32,000 bases of DNA from Zestosphaera tikiterensis. Its GTDB lineage: Archaea > Thermoproteota > Thermoprotei_A > Sulfolobales > NBVN01. The position numbers and the translations under genes are program-made. Positions 8,649 through 18,343 of this stretch are shown piece after piece. The first letter of the stretch is position 1. The number at the start of each line of letters is the position of its first letter. The DNA is taken from assembly GCA_003056265.1 (NCBI GenBank), contig NBVN01000004.1:210001-242000 (forward strand), written 5' to 3'. The notes beneath the pieces are model-generated. The model did not search any database and was not told where the DNA came from. It worked only from the letters and a program-made list of their open reading frames with translations.

Positions 8649-9307
8649 TTGTTTTTGATATGGACGGCGTTTTAATTAAGTGGAGGTCTTCCTGGCGTGT
8701 TCTACATCAGTACTTCAACTCGTTAGACATTGTAGAGGAGAGAAATGATGCGGAAAGGTTTCAACGAGGTGAGATTAGCTATAGGGAGTGGATGGCTAGA
8801 GACCTACAGGCCATACTGAAGGCTACAAATAAGCCCGTAACTAAAGAAGATCTTCTGAAAGTTTTTTCGAATTATGAGTTAGAGGAAGGCGTTGAAGAGT
8901 TAGTTAACGTAGTTAAGGGATACCACTTAAAAACGGCAATAGTAAGTGGAGGTATAGACTTACTGGCTGAGTTAATTCGAGAGAGGCTAGGCTTGGATAT
9001 GGCTTTAGCTAATAAACTTACCTTCAGTAGCGACGGGTATTTATTGCCTGAAGGCGTTGAAGTCGTGAACCCACTCCGGAAAAGTGAGGTGTTAACACGT
9101 ATTTCAAAGGAGTTGAACATACCGTTAAGTAAGTTTATGTTTATAGGGGATAGCCTGTGGGATCTGGAGGCGATGAACGTCGTAGGACATCCTGTCTTCG
9201 TCTTAAAAGATGAAGGCATAGACCTTAACATACTTAAAAACGTGTTTGTCGTGAAGTCGTTGCGCGAGTTAATTCCCTACATAAACAGAATATGTTCTAA
9301 AAAGTGA
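8627..9307 (+). CDS. HAD-superfamily phosphatase (phosphoserine phosphatase-like)
   Basis: 226 aa. Motif I VVFDMDGVL, motif II IVSGG, motif III K...FIGDSLWD. Overlaps the upstream gene by 22 nt. Confidence 0.75.
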   Translation: MCEELKVVVFDMDGVLIKWRSSWRVLHQYFNSLDIVEERNDAERFQRGEISYREWMARDLQAILKATNKPVTKEDLLKVFSNYELEEGVEELVNVVKGYHLKTAIVSGGIDLLAELIRERLGLDMALANKLTFSSDGYLLPEGVEVVNPLRKSEVLTRISKELNIPLSKFMFIGDSLWDLEAMNVVGHPVFVLKDEGIDLNILKNVFVVKSLRELIPYINRICSKK

Positions 9308-9311
9308 AACG

Positions 9312-10157
9312 TCACGTAAATAGGTGGAACTTATCTTTAGGTATGCTACAACAAGCGTTCACAACTTTAAGCTTAAAGGAGTCTATAACCTCCCGTTGAG
9401 GCATGACTATCCTATCCACTAAGCCATTACTTACCCAGAAAGAATCGTAGACCTTAAACTTAGGGCTTCTCATACAACCTAAGGCAACCTCGTTGAAGAG
9501 CCTCCTAGCTGTAGTTAAAACCTCCTTAACCCTGCTGAAGTCGTTTAAATCCGGAACTTTCATCTCAACTAACGCAACGAAAAGCCTAGGCTTAAGCATA
9601 GCTATCTTCCCAAGCACATTTAATTCATCCTCTAACGTGGATGTCCGTGAGTCTAAGATTAAATGAGGGACTGCGAAACCCTTATCCAACGTGAGGAGTT
9701 TCTCTAGAGTCCTAAGGTAATCATCAACCTTAAACCTTAGGTTACGGTAAGATTTAATGTAATCATCGCTTGGCGGTACTTCAAAATCTATGAAATCAAA
9801 TCCGGCGTTCCACACCTTCTCTACGAGAGTATCTGGGACCATACCTAAATGTATTGAAAACACTGATTCATGATTTCCTTTAAACTTCTTTATAACGCTT
9901 AACATCTCATCTGAAATCTTTAAATATCCATCTCGTGTAAACCCACCGCTAATTAGAAAGCCTTTAACGCCTTTAACGTAAAGGTGATTCAGTAAGTTTT
10001 CAAACTCTTCTGAAGTCCTAACTTGCAACATACTGCGTAGGTATCTAGCTTGGCAGTGTGGACACATTAATTCGCAATGTTGCCCTGTTATTGATATAGA
10101 TACGTATTTACGCCCAGGTATAAATGCGTAGGTCTCAACCATTTTAACATAGCCCAT
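9312..10157 (-). CDS. radical SAM protein, second biotin-synthase-related paralog; candidate LipS-type lipoyl synthase component
   Basis: CELMCPHC (Cx3Cx2C) motif. I prefer the ATG at 10157, which overlaps the iorB stop as TAATG, over the TTG at 10187 in the ORF track. Confidence 0.65.
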   Translation of the reverse strand: MGYVKMVETYAFIPGRKYVSISITGQHCELMCPHCQARYLRSMLQVRTSEEFENLLNHLYVKGVKGFLISGGFTRDGYLKISDEMLSVIKKFKGNHESVFSIHLGMVPDTLVEKVWNAGFDFIDFEVPPSDDYIKSYRNLRFKVDDYLRTLEKLLTLDKGFAVPHLILDSRTSTLEDELNVLGKIAMLKPRLFVALVEMKVPDLNDFSRVKEVLTTARRLFNEVALGCMRSPKFKVYDSFWVSNGLVDRIVMPQREVIDSFKLKVVNACCSIPKDKFHLFT

Positions 10158-10783
10158 TAAAAAGTTTTTAAATTTACTGAAGCCCAAGTTTTACCTTCGT
10201 AATAAGCCTTAAGCGAGGTTTCTAGAGCGTTTCCTTTAAATAAGTTCTTCAAAGCCTCCTCAACTATCTCATCTTTAAAGAGCTTAGACACATAATTAAA
10301 CACACCTAACAAAACCATGTTTGAAGCCCTAACAGAACCTGTTTTTAGGGCTATATCCCTAGCAGGAACTACAGCTAAGTTGTTGCCTAGGCAACCTTTA
10401 ATCTTCGAAACGAGTTCATCCTTAGGCGTAGGTTTGCTCCCAGATAAGCTGGCTGAAATAGGTGGTTTAACCTCATTAGACACTACGGCGTAACCTCCCT
10501 CACAACTCAAGTATTTTAAAGCCCTCACACATTCTATAAGTTCTAAACATATTAGGTAGTCAGCCTCTCCCAAACCGAAAAGAGGTGAATATACCTCTTC
10601 CTCAACACCCACTCTAACAAAACTTAAAACGCTGCCGAACCTTTGAGCCATACCTAAAGTCTCGCCAGTTCTTACAGAGTAGTTACTGAGTACGGACGCT
10701 ATAGCTAGCGTCCTCGACAACGTAAGTCCTCCTTGACCACCTACGGAAGCTATTAAAACGTTAACAACTCTATTACTTAACAT
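10157..10783 (-). CDS. iorB: indolepyruvate:ferredoxin oxidoreductase beta subunit
   Basis: 208 aa. N-terminal NVLIASVGGQGG. Starts 3 nt after iorA. Confidence 0.8.
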   Translation of the reverse strand: MLSNRVVNVLIASVGGQGGLTLSRTLAIASVLSNYSVRTGETLGMAQRFGSVLSFVRVGVEEEVYSPLFGLGEADYLICLELIECVRALKYLSCEGGYAVVSNEVKPPISASLSGSKPTPKDELVSKIKGCLGNNLAVVPARDIALKTGSVRASNMVLLGVFNYVSKLFKDEIVEEALKNLFKGNALETSLKAYYEGKTWASVNLKTF

Positions 10784-10786
10784 ACC

Positions 10787-12667
10787 CTACCTCACCTCAA
10801 CTATCGCCTTATATGGACAGAACCTAGCACATAAACCACATCCTAAACAGTCTTCGGTAATTATCCGTACCTTACCATCCTCACCTACGTATAGAGCTGG
10901 ACATCCCGTAACCCTTATACATGCTAGGCATCCAGTACATTTATCCAGCAAGACCTGATAACGTTTTTCAACTCCCCTTAACCTAGCGTTTAATAACGCG
11001 CAGGGCGCCTTAGCAATTAAAACATTAACGCCTGGTTCTTTAATAAACTCCCTAACCTTTTCAATCATCTCATCTATCCTATATGGATTAACTACTGAAA
11101 CCCTATCAACGCCTAACGCCTTCACAACTTCATATAGATCCACAGGCTTGGTATGCCGCCCGGTTTCCGTTCTATTCCAAGCAGGGGTTGATTGATGGCC
11201 GGTCATAGCCACAACTCCATTATCTAAGATAACTACCAACATATCAACTCTTTTGTTTACGGCCTCTATTAAGGGTTGAATGCCGGCGTGGTAGAAGGTT
11301 GAATCACCTATAGTTGCTATTACAGGTTTGTTAAACCCAGCTAGTTTTAAACCCATAGCCATTGAAATACTTGCACCCATGCTATGTTCAGTCCAGATAG
11401 CGCTTAACGGCGGATTAACGCTTAAAGCGTAACAACCTATATCACCAAATATAGGTATCTCATCTCTTTTATACCCAGCTTTAGCTAGACCAAGTAAAAT
11501 CGCTAAATAGGAATTCCTATGTGGGCAACCAGGACATAGAGGCGGGGGTCTCGCAGGCACTGCATACGTGGCAGGCTGTTTAACGACGTTTAACTGCCTT
11601 AGGTTCGAACCTAACAACTTACTTAAAGCGTTAGACACGAGATCCGTGTTTAACTCACCTTCAAGGGGTAAGTAGCCAGATAACTTACCGTATATTGGTA
11701 TGTTTAAGCCGACGTCAAAAGCTAGGTTTTTAACCCCCTCTTCTATGAAGGGATCCAGCTCCTCAATAACTAATACTTTACTGCAGTCACTTAAGTTTCT
11801 AATTAGAAATCTTTTAGGAAGTGGATGTATAAGGCCTAACTTAAGTATCTTAAGGCTCTTCAGGAGGTTATCGGGGGATCTACTCACGACTTCCTTAACG
11901 TATGCGTAGGTAACTCCTTCGGTAATTAAGCATATAGACCCCTCACCTTCAACTTTATTTAACCCATACTTCTCAATCACGTCTTCAACAAGCGTTAACT
12001 GCTTATTAAGCCATTTATGTCTTTCTAAATTCCAAGCCATCCCAGCACGTACGAACCTCGGTTGATCTTTCGTAAATGACATGAATTTCTTAGGGGGTGT
12101 TATGTCGCCAGTCACTACCTCAGCTACTGTGTGATTAACTCTAGTCGTAGTTCTTAAAATCACCGGGAGTTTAAGTTCCTCACTTATGTTTTGACCCGCT
12201 ACAACCATATCCTTAGCTTCCTGAGGTGTTGACGGCGTTATCATAGGTAGCTTAGCTAGCTTGCCGTACCATCTACTATCCTGCTCTGTTTGCGTGGTTA
12301 TGGGGCCTGGGTCATCCGCAACTAAAACTATTAAGCCGCCGTCAACGCCTGAATACGCTGCGGAGATAAGCGGGTCTGAAGCTACGTTAAGGCCTGGGCC
12401 CTTCATAGTGACTAAAGACCTAGCACCTCCTATGGAGGCCCCCAAACCAACCTCGAAAGCAACTCTCTCGTTAACTGCCCACTCAACATATATGTCTAAA
12501 TCTTCACTACATTCCTGTAAGGTCATTATAACCTCGCTTGACGGCGTTCCCGGATATCCCGTAACGACGTAAGTCCCCGACTCTATAACTCCCCTAGCTA
12601 TGGCTTCATTGCCCATTAAGGCGAGCTTAACCCCAGCTGGTGCTTTAGCTAAATTAACCTCACCCAT
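10787..12667 (-). CDS. iorA: indolepyruvate:ferredoxin oxidoreductase alpha subunit
   Basis: 626 aa. TPP-binding GDSTFYHAG and C-terminal double 4Fe-4S ferredoxin motifs (CTGCLAC...CLGCGLCARFCP). Confidence 0.9.
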   Translation of the reverse strand: MGEVNLAKAPAGVKLALMGNEAIARGVIESGTYVVTGYPGTPSSEVIMTLQECSEDLDIYVEWAVNERVAFEVGLGASIGGARSLVTMKGPGLNVASDPLISAAYSGVDGGLIVLVADDPGPITTQTEQDSRWYGKLAKLPMITPSTPQEAKDMVVAGQNISEELKLPVILRTTTRVNHTVAEVVTGDITPPKKFMSFTKDQPRFVRAGMAWNLERHKWLNKQLTLVEDVIEKYGLNKVEGEGSICLITEGVTYAYVKEVVSRSPDNLLKSLKILKLGLIHPLPKRFLIRNLSDCSKVLVIEELDPFIEEGVKNLAFDVGLNIPIYGKLSGYLPLEGELNTDLVSNALSKLLGSNLRQLNVVKQPATYAVPARPPPLCPGCPHRNSYLAILLGLAKAGYKRDEIPIFGDIGCYALSVNPPLSAIWTEHSMGASISMAMGLKLAGFNKPVIATIGDSTFYHAGIQPLIEAVNKRVDMLVVILDNGVVAMTGHQSTPAWNRTETGRHTKPVDLYEVVKALGVDRVSVVNPYRIDEMIEKVREFIKEPGVNVLIAKAPCALLNARLRGVEKRYQVLLDKCTGCLACIRVTGCPALYVGEDGKVRIITEDCLGCGLCARFCPYKAIVEVR

Positions 12668-12674
12668 CGCGTTA

Positions 12675-14024
12675 TCAACCCCACATACTGTTTAGAGCTG
12701 ATAAAGCCTTAGCTAAGTTGACGGAAGAAGTAACTACAGGCATAACCTTAGAAACCTCCTTAGTCACTTCGAAACTACCTTCGCCAGCAAAATACGATAC
12801 AGTCGGTACTTTAATTTCATTAAATCTCTTAATTAAAGCCGAGGAAAGCTTCTCAGGTTTTTCAGCGGCTGTAGGTACGTAAACAAGAACGGCTAAGTCG
12901 ACGTACTTGCTTAGCGAATCCGCTGTTAAAACATCAATGACTTCATCAATAGTTGAATCACCACCTAAATCTAACGGATTGGCAATATATGCTTTCCCAC
13001 CACTTCTAACCCCCTTCGGAAAATCCCCTGAGGGGAGAAGCGGCAGCTCTATACCAACCTCCTCCAAGCTAGACGCCGTTAAAACACCTAAACCTCCGGA
13101 GTTCGTCACTATGAAAACCCTCCTTGGCTTTAAAGACCTTAACCTCCTTAAAATCTCGCAAACTTCTATTGCGTCGTATATATCATCCGCTAAGTAAGCC
13201 TTCATGCTTTTAACCGCTACTTTAAAGACTTCGTAGTTTGTGGTTAACCCGCCTGTATGTGATTTCACGGCTTCAGAGCTTCGAACGCCCCTACCGCCCT
13301 TCAATATCACCAGAGGCTTACCAGACCTAACTAACTTACTACCCAAGTCTAGAAACCTTCGTCCATTCTTAACCCATTCAACATAAGCGATCACAGCCTC
13401 TGTTTCGCTATCCTCTAACGCGTACTCAAAAACCTCACTTAACTCTACGTCAACCATGTTACCTAAGCTTATGAAGAACGAAATGCCTGAGGAATACCTT
13501 CTTAACTCACTTATTATAACACCGCCTACCGCCCCGCTCTGAACCGCTAAACCCACCTTCCCCTTAGAAGGGCTTACCTCAATACTTGCGTGTAAATTAA
13601 GCTTAGTTAATGATATTCCTGCGGAGTTAGGTCCTATCACGCGTATTGAAGAACTTCTAACTACGTCAGCAAGCCTTTGCTGAGCTTCTTCATTTCCAAC
13701 CTCACTAAACCCTGAAGTTATAACTACCGCTAACTTAACACCTATAGTGCTTGCCTCCTCTAAAGTCTTAATTGCCTGTTCCGTAGGTACGGCGATAACT
13801 ACTAAGTCCGGCTTCAGAGGCAAATCACTTAACGATTTGTAAGATGGGACGCCGAGGACTTCACTATATTTGGGGTTGACAGCATATACGAGACCCTTAA
13901 ACCCATTCATTAAAACGTTCTTAAGTAGGACGTTACCTACCTTACCCTCAACGGGTGAAGCCCCAACCACCGCTATATGCTTCACATCACTTAACACGTT
14001 AGTTAGGGTGGGCTTCACCTTCAA
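12675..14024 (-). CDS. acdA: ADP-forming acyl/acetyl-CoA synthetase alpha subunit (CoA-binding plus SCS-like domain)
   Basis: 449 aa. N-terminal IAVVGASP..GKVG CoA-binding Rossmann motif. Ends 7 nt upstream of iorA, the classical arylacetyl-CoA to ATP pairing. Confidence 0.8.
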   Translation of the reverse strand: MKVKPTLTNVLSDVKHIAVVGASPVEGKVGNVLLKNVLMNGFKGLVYAVNPKYSEVLGVPSYKSLSDLPLKPDLVVIAVPTEQAIKTLEEASTIGVKLAVVITSGFSEVGNEEAQQRLADVVRSSSIRVIGPNSAGISLTKLNLHASIEVSPSKGKVGLAVQSGAVGGVIISELRRYSSGISFFISLGNMVDVELSEVFEYALEDSETEAVIAYVEWVKNGRRFLDLGSKLVRSGKPLVILKGGRGVRSSEAVKSHTGGLTTNYEVFKVAVKSMKAYLADDIYDAIEVCEILRRLRSLKPRRVFIVTNSGGLGVLTASSLEEVGIELPLLPSGDFPKGVRSGGKAYIANPLDLGGDSTIDEVIDVLTADSLSKYVDLAVLVYVPTAAEKPEKLSSALIKRFNEIKVPTVSYFAGEGSFEVTKEVSKVMPVVTSSVNLAKALSALNSMWG

Positions 14025-14076
14025 CCCTCACAATATTAAAAAATTTGCGACTAATATTAAAGTAAGAGTGGTATGC

Positions 14077-14652
14077 ATGGGTTTCCTAACGCCGTCTTGG
14101 AAGGAAATACATTTAGATGTTGTTAAATTAGCTCAAGCGATAACGGCAAACGGCTATACCCCGGAATCCGTTGTTGGCATATTACGGGGTGGTTACTTAA
14201 TAGCTAGGATGCTAACAGACATGCTAAACATTGAAGACATAGGTGTTGTTGAGGTTAAATTCTATAAAGGTATAGGTGAGAGAGCCGAAAGACCTATAAT
14301 AACGCAACCGCTAACCACAGACGTTAAAGGTAAAAACGTGTTGATAGTTGACGACGTAGCTGACTCAGGACGTACTTTAGAAGTTGTTTCCGAGCAGGTT
14401 AGACTTAGAGGTGCTAGAAGCGTTAAGTCCGCCGTCCTGTATTATAAGCCGAAATCCATTATAAAGCCGGACTTCATAATTCACGTAACGGAGGATTGGG
14501 TTATTTTCCCGTGGGAATGGTGTGAGTTTTTAAGATCTTTTAACTTCCTTAAAAAAGGCTTAAACCTCAGCGAGGTTAAACAAGAACTACATAAGATGAA
14601 CGTCTTAATAGACGATGACATTCTTCAGGAGGTCCTTAAGCTACATAAGTGA
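14077..14652 (+). CDS. hpt: hypoxanthine/guanine phosphoribosyltransferase
   Basis: PRPP loop VLIVDDVADSGRTL. I chose ATG 14077 (MGFLTPSWKEI...) because the longer ORF-track start runs antisense into acdA. An atattaaaaaattt box lies upstream. Confidence 0.8.
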   Translation: MGFLTPSWKEIHLDVVKLAQAITANGYTPESVVGILRGGYLIARMLTDMLNIEDIGVVEVKFYKGIGERAERPIITQPLTTDVKGKNVLIVDDVADSGRTLEVVSEQVRLRGARSVKSAVLYYKPKSIIKPDFIIHVTEDWVIFPWEWCEFLRSFNFLKKGLNLSEVKQELHKMNVLIDDDILQEVLKLHK

Positions 14653-14669
14653 AGATGTTGGATGTAAGT

Positions 14670-14693
14670 ACTTCCTGAAGGTTTTTAGGAAGT
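14670..14693. terminator. hairpin with a T5 loop between convergent genes
   Basis: acttcct-gaaggttttt-aggaagt, a 7-bp perfect stem between the hpt stop (14652) and the stop of the minus-strand gene (14697). Confidence 0.3.
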
Positions 14694-14696
14694 TTG

Positions 14697-15839
14697 TCAA
14701 CGCTCCTCGCCAGGCAGTAACTCAGTACCTGATGGTATCCTAGCCTTAGCTGAAATCATAGACCCTAACTTAAGGTACTCAACCCTTCTAGACCTTACCT
14801 TCATAGCTTTCACACCCTCGACTTCAGGCTTAATAAGCAGTTTAGTTTTCACATTCGGCTCCACTACGGCCTCCTCACCCACAACGCTAAACCCTATGAA
14901 AGACTCCCTACCTATCGATGCTTTCCTACCAACTAAAGACCAAACTACCTCAACGTAACTTCCTATAGAGGCTTCGGCTTCAACGTCTGTAAAAGGCCGT
15001 ATAAAGCTATATGCCCCTATAAAGCTACCCCTTCCTATGTAGGCAGGGCCCTTAATCAACGTATGATGATCTACCTCAGCACCCTCTTCTATTATTACAG
15101 GACCTTCGATAACCGTCGATGAAGCTATCTTAGCGTTACTCGATATCCTTGAAGTGTTTAAACCTTTAAGAACGTAGTATAAAGCCTTTAAAATGTCTAC
15201 AGGGGAGCCAATATCAACCCACCAATCACTCCATATAACTGCCTGTATCTTACCGCCAGACCTGACGTAGCTGTTCACACCTTCATCTATCCTACCAGCA
15301 CTTAATATAGAGTTGACTAACTCACGATTTAATATTGCTACACCTCCAAAAACGTAGGAAGTCTCAACGTATTTAGGTCTTTCAACAAACTTCTCAATAA
15401 ATCCTTGCTCATTTATGTAAATAGCTCCATACCTAGTTACGTCTTCGTCTGGTATTACCAATAGGGTCGGGAGACCCGATTCTTCATATGCTTCAATGAC
15501 TAGCTTGTAGGCTGAAGAAGGTATTAACGTATCCCCATAAACAAGTAGGGCTTTGCTAGATAACTTATCGACTGCTTCCTCGAGAGCCCCCAACACCTCC
15601 TCCTTCCTCTGAAGTCTAACGTCGAAGCTTAACTCACTACCTAACTTGGTGGTTACGTCTTCAAAAGCTTGCGGCCTATCAGTAACTAACGTTACGTTCC
15701 TCACACCCGCGTTTAATACATTCGTAAGAACCCACTCTATTATGGGTTTACCTAAAATCTCTATGAGTAGTTTCGACTTACCCATAGTTAATTTATGCAT
15801 GCCGGAACCCTTACCACCAGCTAAAACGACAGCCTCCAT
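14697..15839 (-). CDS. sugar-1-phosphate nucleotidyltransferase with C-terminal left-handed beta-helix (GlmU/ST0452-like)
   Basis: 380 aa. AVVLAGGKGSGM nucleotide-binding motif and a hexapeptide-repeat-like C-terminus. Lies directly downstream of glmS. Confidence 0.75.
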   Translation of the reverse strand: MEAVVLAGGKGSGMHKLTMGKSKLLIEILGKPIIEWVLTNVLNAGVRNVTLVTDRPQAFEDVTTKLGSELSFDVRLQRKEEVLGALEEAVDKLSSKALLVYGDTLIPSSAYKLVIEAYEESGLPTLLVIPDEDVTRYGAIYINEQGFIEKFVERPKYVETSYVFGGVAILNRELVNSILSAGRIDEGVNSYVRSGGKIQAVIWSDWWVDIGSPVDILKALYYVLKGLNTSRISSNAKIASSTVIEGPVIIEEGAEVDHHTLIKGPAYIGRGSFIGAYSFIRPFTDVEAEASIGSYVEVVWSLVGRKASIGRESFIGFSVVGEEAVVEPNVKTKLLIKPEVEGVKAMKVRSRRVEYLKLGSMISAKARIPSGTELLPGEER

Positions 15840-15850
15840 AAAACCTCACC

Positions 15851-17710
15851 TTAAAAAACCGTTACGGTCTTAGCTAGGTTTCGAGGTTTATCCGGGTCTA
15901 AACCTTTCTTTACGGAGGTGTAGTAAGCCAGCAGTTGATGGGGTACTATATACAGGGCTGACGCAGCAACGTCCTTCACCACAGGCATTTTAATAGGGGT
16001 TTTAACAAGCCTTGCTATATCCTCTAAGTTTTTAGGGAATACAGCTATAGTTAAAGAACCTCTAGCTCTCATCTCCTCAACATTACTTTTAATTAACTCA
16101 CCTTCATCGGCTGTAACGATGGTGAAGATCGTTGGGAAGCCCTCCTCCACTAAAGCTATAGGCCCATGTTTCGACTCACCCGCAGGATACGCTTCAGCAT
16201 GTATGTAAGCTATCTCCTTCAATTTTAAAGCCCCCTCCATAGATAGAGGGAGGCCTAAACCCCTACCTAAAAAGTATGCGTTAGGTCTATCCTTCATCTC
16301 CACAGCTAAGGAAGCCATCTTAGCTTCATAAGTGTTTATAGCGTGCCTAACTAGATTTGGAAGTTCACGTAAAGACTTGAAAGCTTCACTAGCTTCAGAC
16401 TCACTTAAAAAACCGTTGAGGACGCCTGTCCTAAGCGATAAATACCCAAGTAACGTTACTTGAGTTGTGAAGGTCTTCGTCGCAGCAACGCCTATTTCAG
16501 GACCTGCTTTAGTGTAAATAGCTATATCCGATTCCCTCGGTATAGCTGAGTCTATAACGTTGGATACCGCTACCGTTAAAGCACCCCTCTTCTTAGCCTC
16601 CCTAACTGCTTTTAAAGTATCTATAGTTTCTCCAGATTGACTAATGCCTAAAACTACGTCGCCTTCCTTGACCGTGCTTAACCACCACTGGGCTTCAGAA
16701 GAAACTACAGGCAACGCCCACAATCCAGCGTACTTCCTAAGGAGTAATGCCGCAACGTATGCGGCGTGGTAGGAGGTTCCAGCCCCAGCCAACAAGACTC
16801 TATCAACACGCGTTAAAATCTTAGCTAGCTTATCAACGCTCTCCGCTGCTGAAGCTATAGTTGAAGCTAAAGCGTAAGGCTGTTCGTGGATTTCCTTAAG
16901 CATAAAATGTTTAAAACCGCCTTTAGAAGCCATCTCAACAGTCCAGTCTATGTTCTTCACTCTACTCGTAAAATCCACAGCCACCCATACGGGCCTTCCC
17001 TCCCTAAACTCAAGTCTCTCCACAACCACTTCTTCGGGGGTTATGTACCCAACCTCACCGTCTCTTAAAGCCAACACCCTCCTAGTAAAGTTTAGGAAAG
17101 CTACCGCATCACTAGCTACGAAATTAGCCTTAACACCAAAACCTAAGACTAGCGGTGAGGTGTTTCGAGCGAAGAAAACTTTCCTAGGGTCGTTAACGTC
17201 TATAGCAACTATAGCGTAAGCACCTCTTAAAAGCTCAACGGCTTTTTTAAAAGCTTCATATGGCTTAAATCCTTTCTTCTCAAACTCCTCTATAAGGTGT
17301 GGGATGACCTCCGTATCTGTTTCAGATATGAAAGTATGTCCCTCATCGATTAAAGCCTCTTTTAACTCCATGTAATTCTCTATAATACCGTTATGCGCTA
17401 CCGCTATCTTCCCGCTGCAGTCGGTATGAGGATGTGAGTTAACGTCGCTTGGAGGTCCGTGCGTAGCCCATCTAGTATGTCCTATCCCCGTATAACCATC
17501 AAATAACTCGAAACCTACCTTAGCAGCTACAGCGTCTATCATACCCTTAGACTTCCTAACCACTAGACGCCCTGCCTTATCTATCAACGCAAAACCTACT
17601 GAGTCATAACCCCTATACTCCAACTTCTTAAGAGCTTCCTTCAACGAAACTCCTAAAGGCTTATCTAAAACATCCTCTGAAGACGTTATCCCAATAATGC
17701 CGCAAACCAT
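15851..17710 (-). CDS. glmS: glutamine--fructose-6-phosphate aminotransferase (isomerising)
   Basis: 619 aa. N-terminal CGIIGI Ntn nucleophile, two SIS domains, C-terminal NLAKTVTV. Confidence 0.95.
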   Translation of the reverse strand: MVCGIIGITSSEDVLDKPLGVSLKEALKKLEYRGYDSVGFALIDKAGRLVVRKSKGMIDAVAAKVGFELFDGYTGIGHTRWATHGPPSDVNSHPHTDCSGKIAVAHNGIIENYMELKEALIDEGHTFISETDTEVIPHLIEEFEKKGFKPYEAFKKAVELLRGAYAIVAIDVNDPRKVFFARNTSPLVLGFGVKANFVASDAVAFLNFTRRVLALRDGEVGYITPEEVVVERLEFREGRPVWVAVDFTSRVKNIDWTVEMASKGGFKHFMLKEIHEQPYALASTIASAAESVDKLAKILTRVDRVLLAGAGTSYHAAYVAALLLRKYAGLWALPVVSSEAQWWLSTVKEGDVVLGISQSGETIDTLKAVREAKKRGALTVAVSNVIDSAIPRESDIAIYTKAGPEIGVAATKTFTTQVTLLGYLSLRTGVLNGFLSESEASEAFKSLRELPNLVRHAINTYEAKMASLAVEMKDRPNAYFLGRGLGLPLSMEGALKLKEIAYIHAEAYPAGESKHGPIALVEEGFPTIFTIVTADEGELIKSNVEEMRARGSLTIAVFPKNLEDIARLVKTPIKMPVVKDVAASALYIVPHQLLAYYTSVKKGLDPDKPRNLAKTVTVF

Positions 17711-18031
17711 TGCGAACTCACCTAAGCATGTCTTAAATAGGTTATCAGCGACGTCACTCCTAACTTAAATATAATTACCCAACGTTAAATAATTAAATAA
17801 TTCAAGGCAACTTAAAACCAACAAAACACCATATAGGGGAAGTTCATAAACCTTTCCCATCCATTCTTTTTAAAGCGGGTGGTTTTCCGCTATAAAGCTT
17901 ATAAGCTCCTTTTATACGAGTTGTTTGGTGCGAGCAACGGATAATCAACCAATTTAAGTACGTAAACCCCAATGATAAGGGTGCCTCATCATAAAATGAG
18001 GTAAGACCTTTAAAGTCGGAGGTCTGAAGAG

Positions 18032-18343
18032 GTGGTTGGTATGGTGGTTGAAAAGGTTAAAGTGTTTGAATTGGGTTCCGGTAGGGTTTTAAGCTATAGG
18101 AGAGGTAGTAATACGCAATACGTTAATCAAGTGTTGATTAAGGTTACTGAATCCATAACTAAGAAGGTAGATAATTTAATAGGGGCTAAAGTTCTTGTCG
18201 TAGATCAGAAAAATAAGTACTACGGTAAGGTAGTTAAAGTCCATGCTAGAGGTAAGAACGGAGTTGTTGTAGCGGTTTTTAATAGGAATTTACCGGGTCA
18301 GTTGCTTGGGTCTAAAGCGGTGATATATAGAGTTAAGGCGTAG
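18032..18343 (+). CDS. rpl35ae: 50S ribosomal protein L35Ae (eL33)
   Basis: 103 aa. SYRRGSNTQ and KVHARGKNGVVVAVFNRNLPGQ blocks. Start is GTG 18032 or ATG 18041, with gaggtgg upstream. Confidence 0.85.
   Translation: MVGMVVEKVKVFELGSGRVLSYRRGSNTQYVNQVLIKVTESITKKVDNLIGAKVLVVDQKNKYYGKVVKVHARGKNGVVVAVFNRNLPGQLLGSKAVIYRVKA

Noticed and set aside
13870-14076. N-terminal extension of hpt in the ORF track; similar extensions occur at 20130-20204 (ligase), 20331-20363 (S25e) and 24778-24861 (small membrane protein)
   Set aside because: The extensions overlap neighbouring genes or promoters and lack family-like sequence. Internal ATG starts with TATA or SD signals fit better.
17974-18026. C/D box-like sRNA on the plus strand (ATGATAA ... 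CTGA) upstream of rpl35ae
   Set aside because: The C box is degenerate, the C-to-D spacing is about 45 nt with no credible internal boxes or terminal stem, and it overlaps the SD and start region of rpl35ae.
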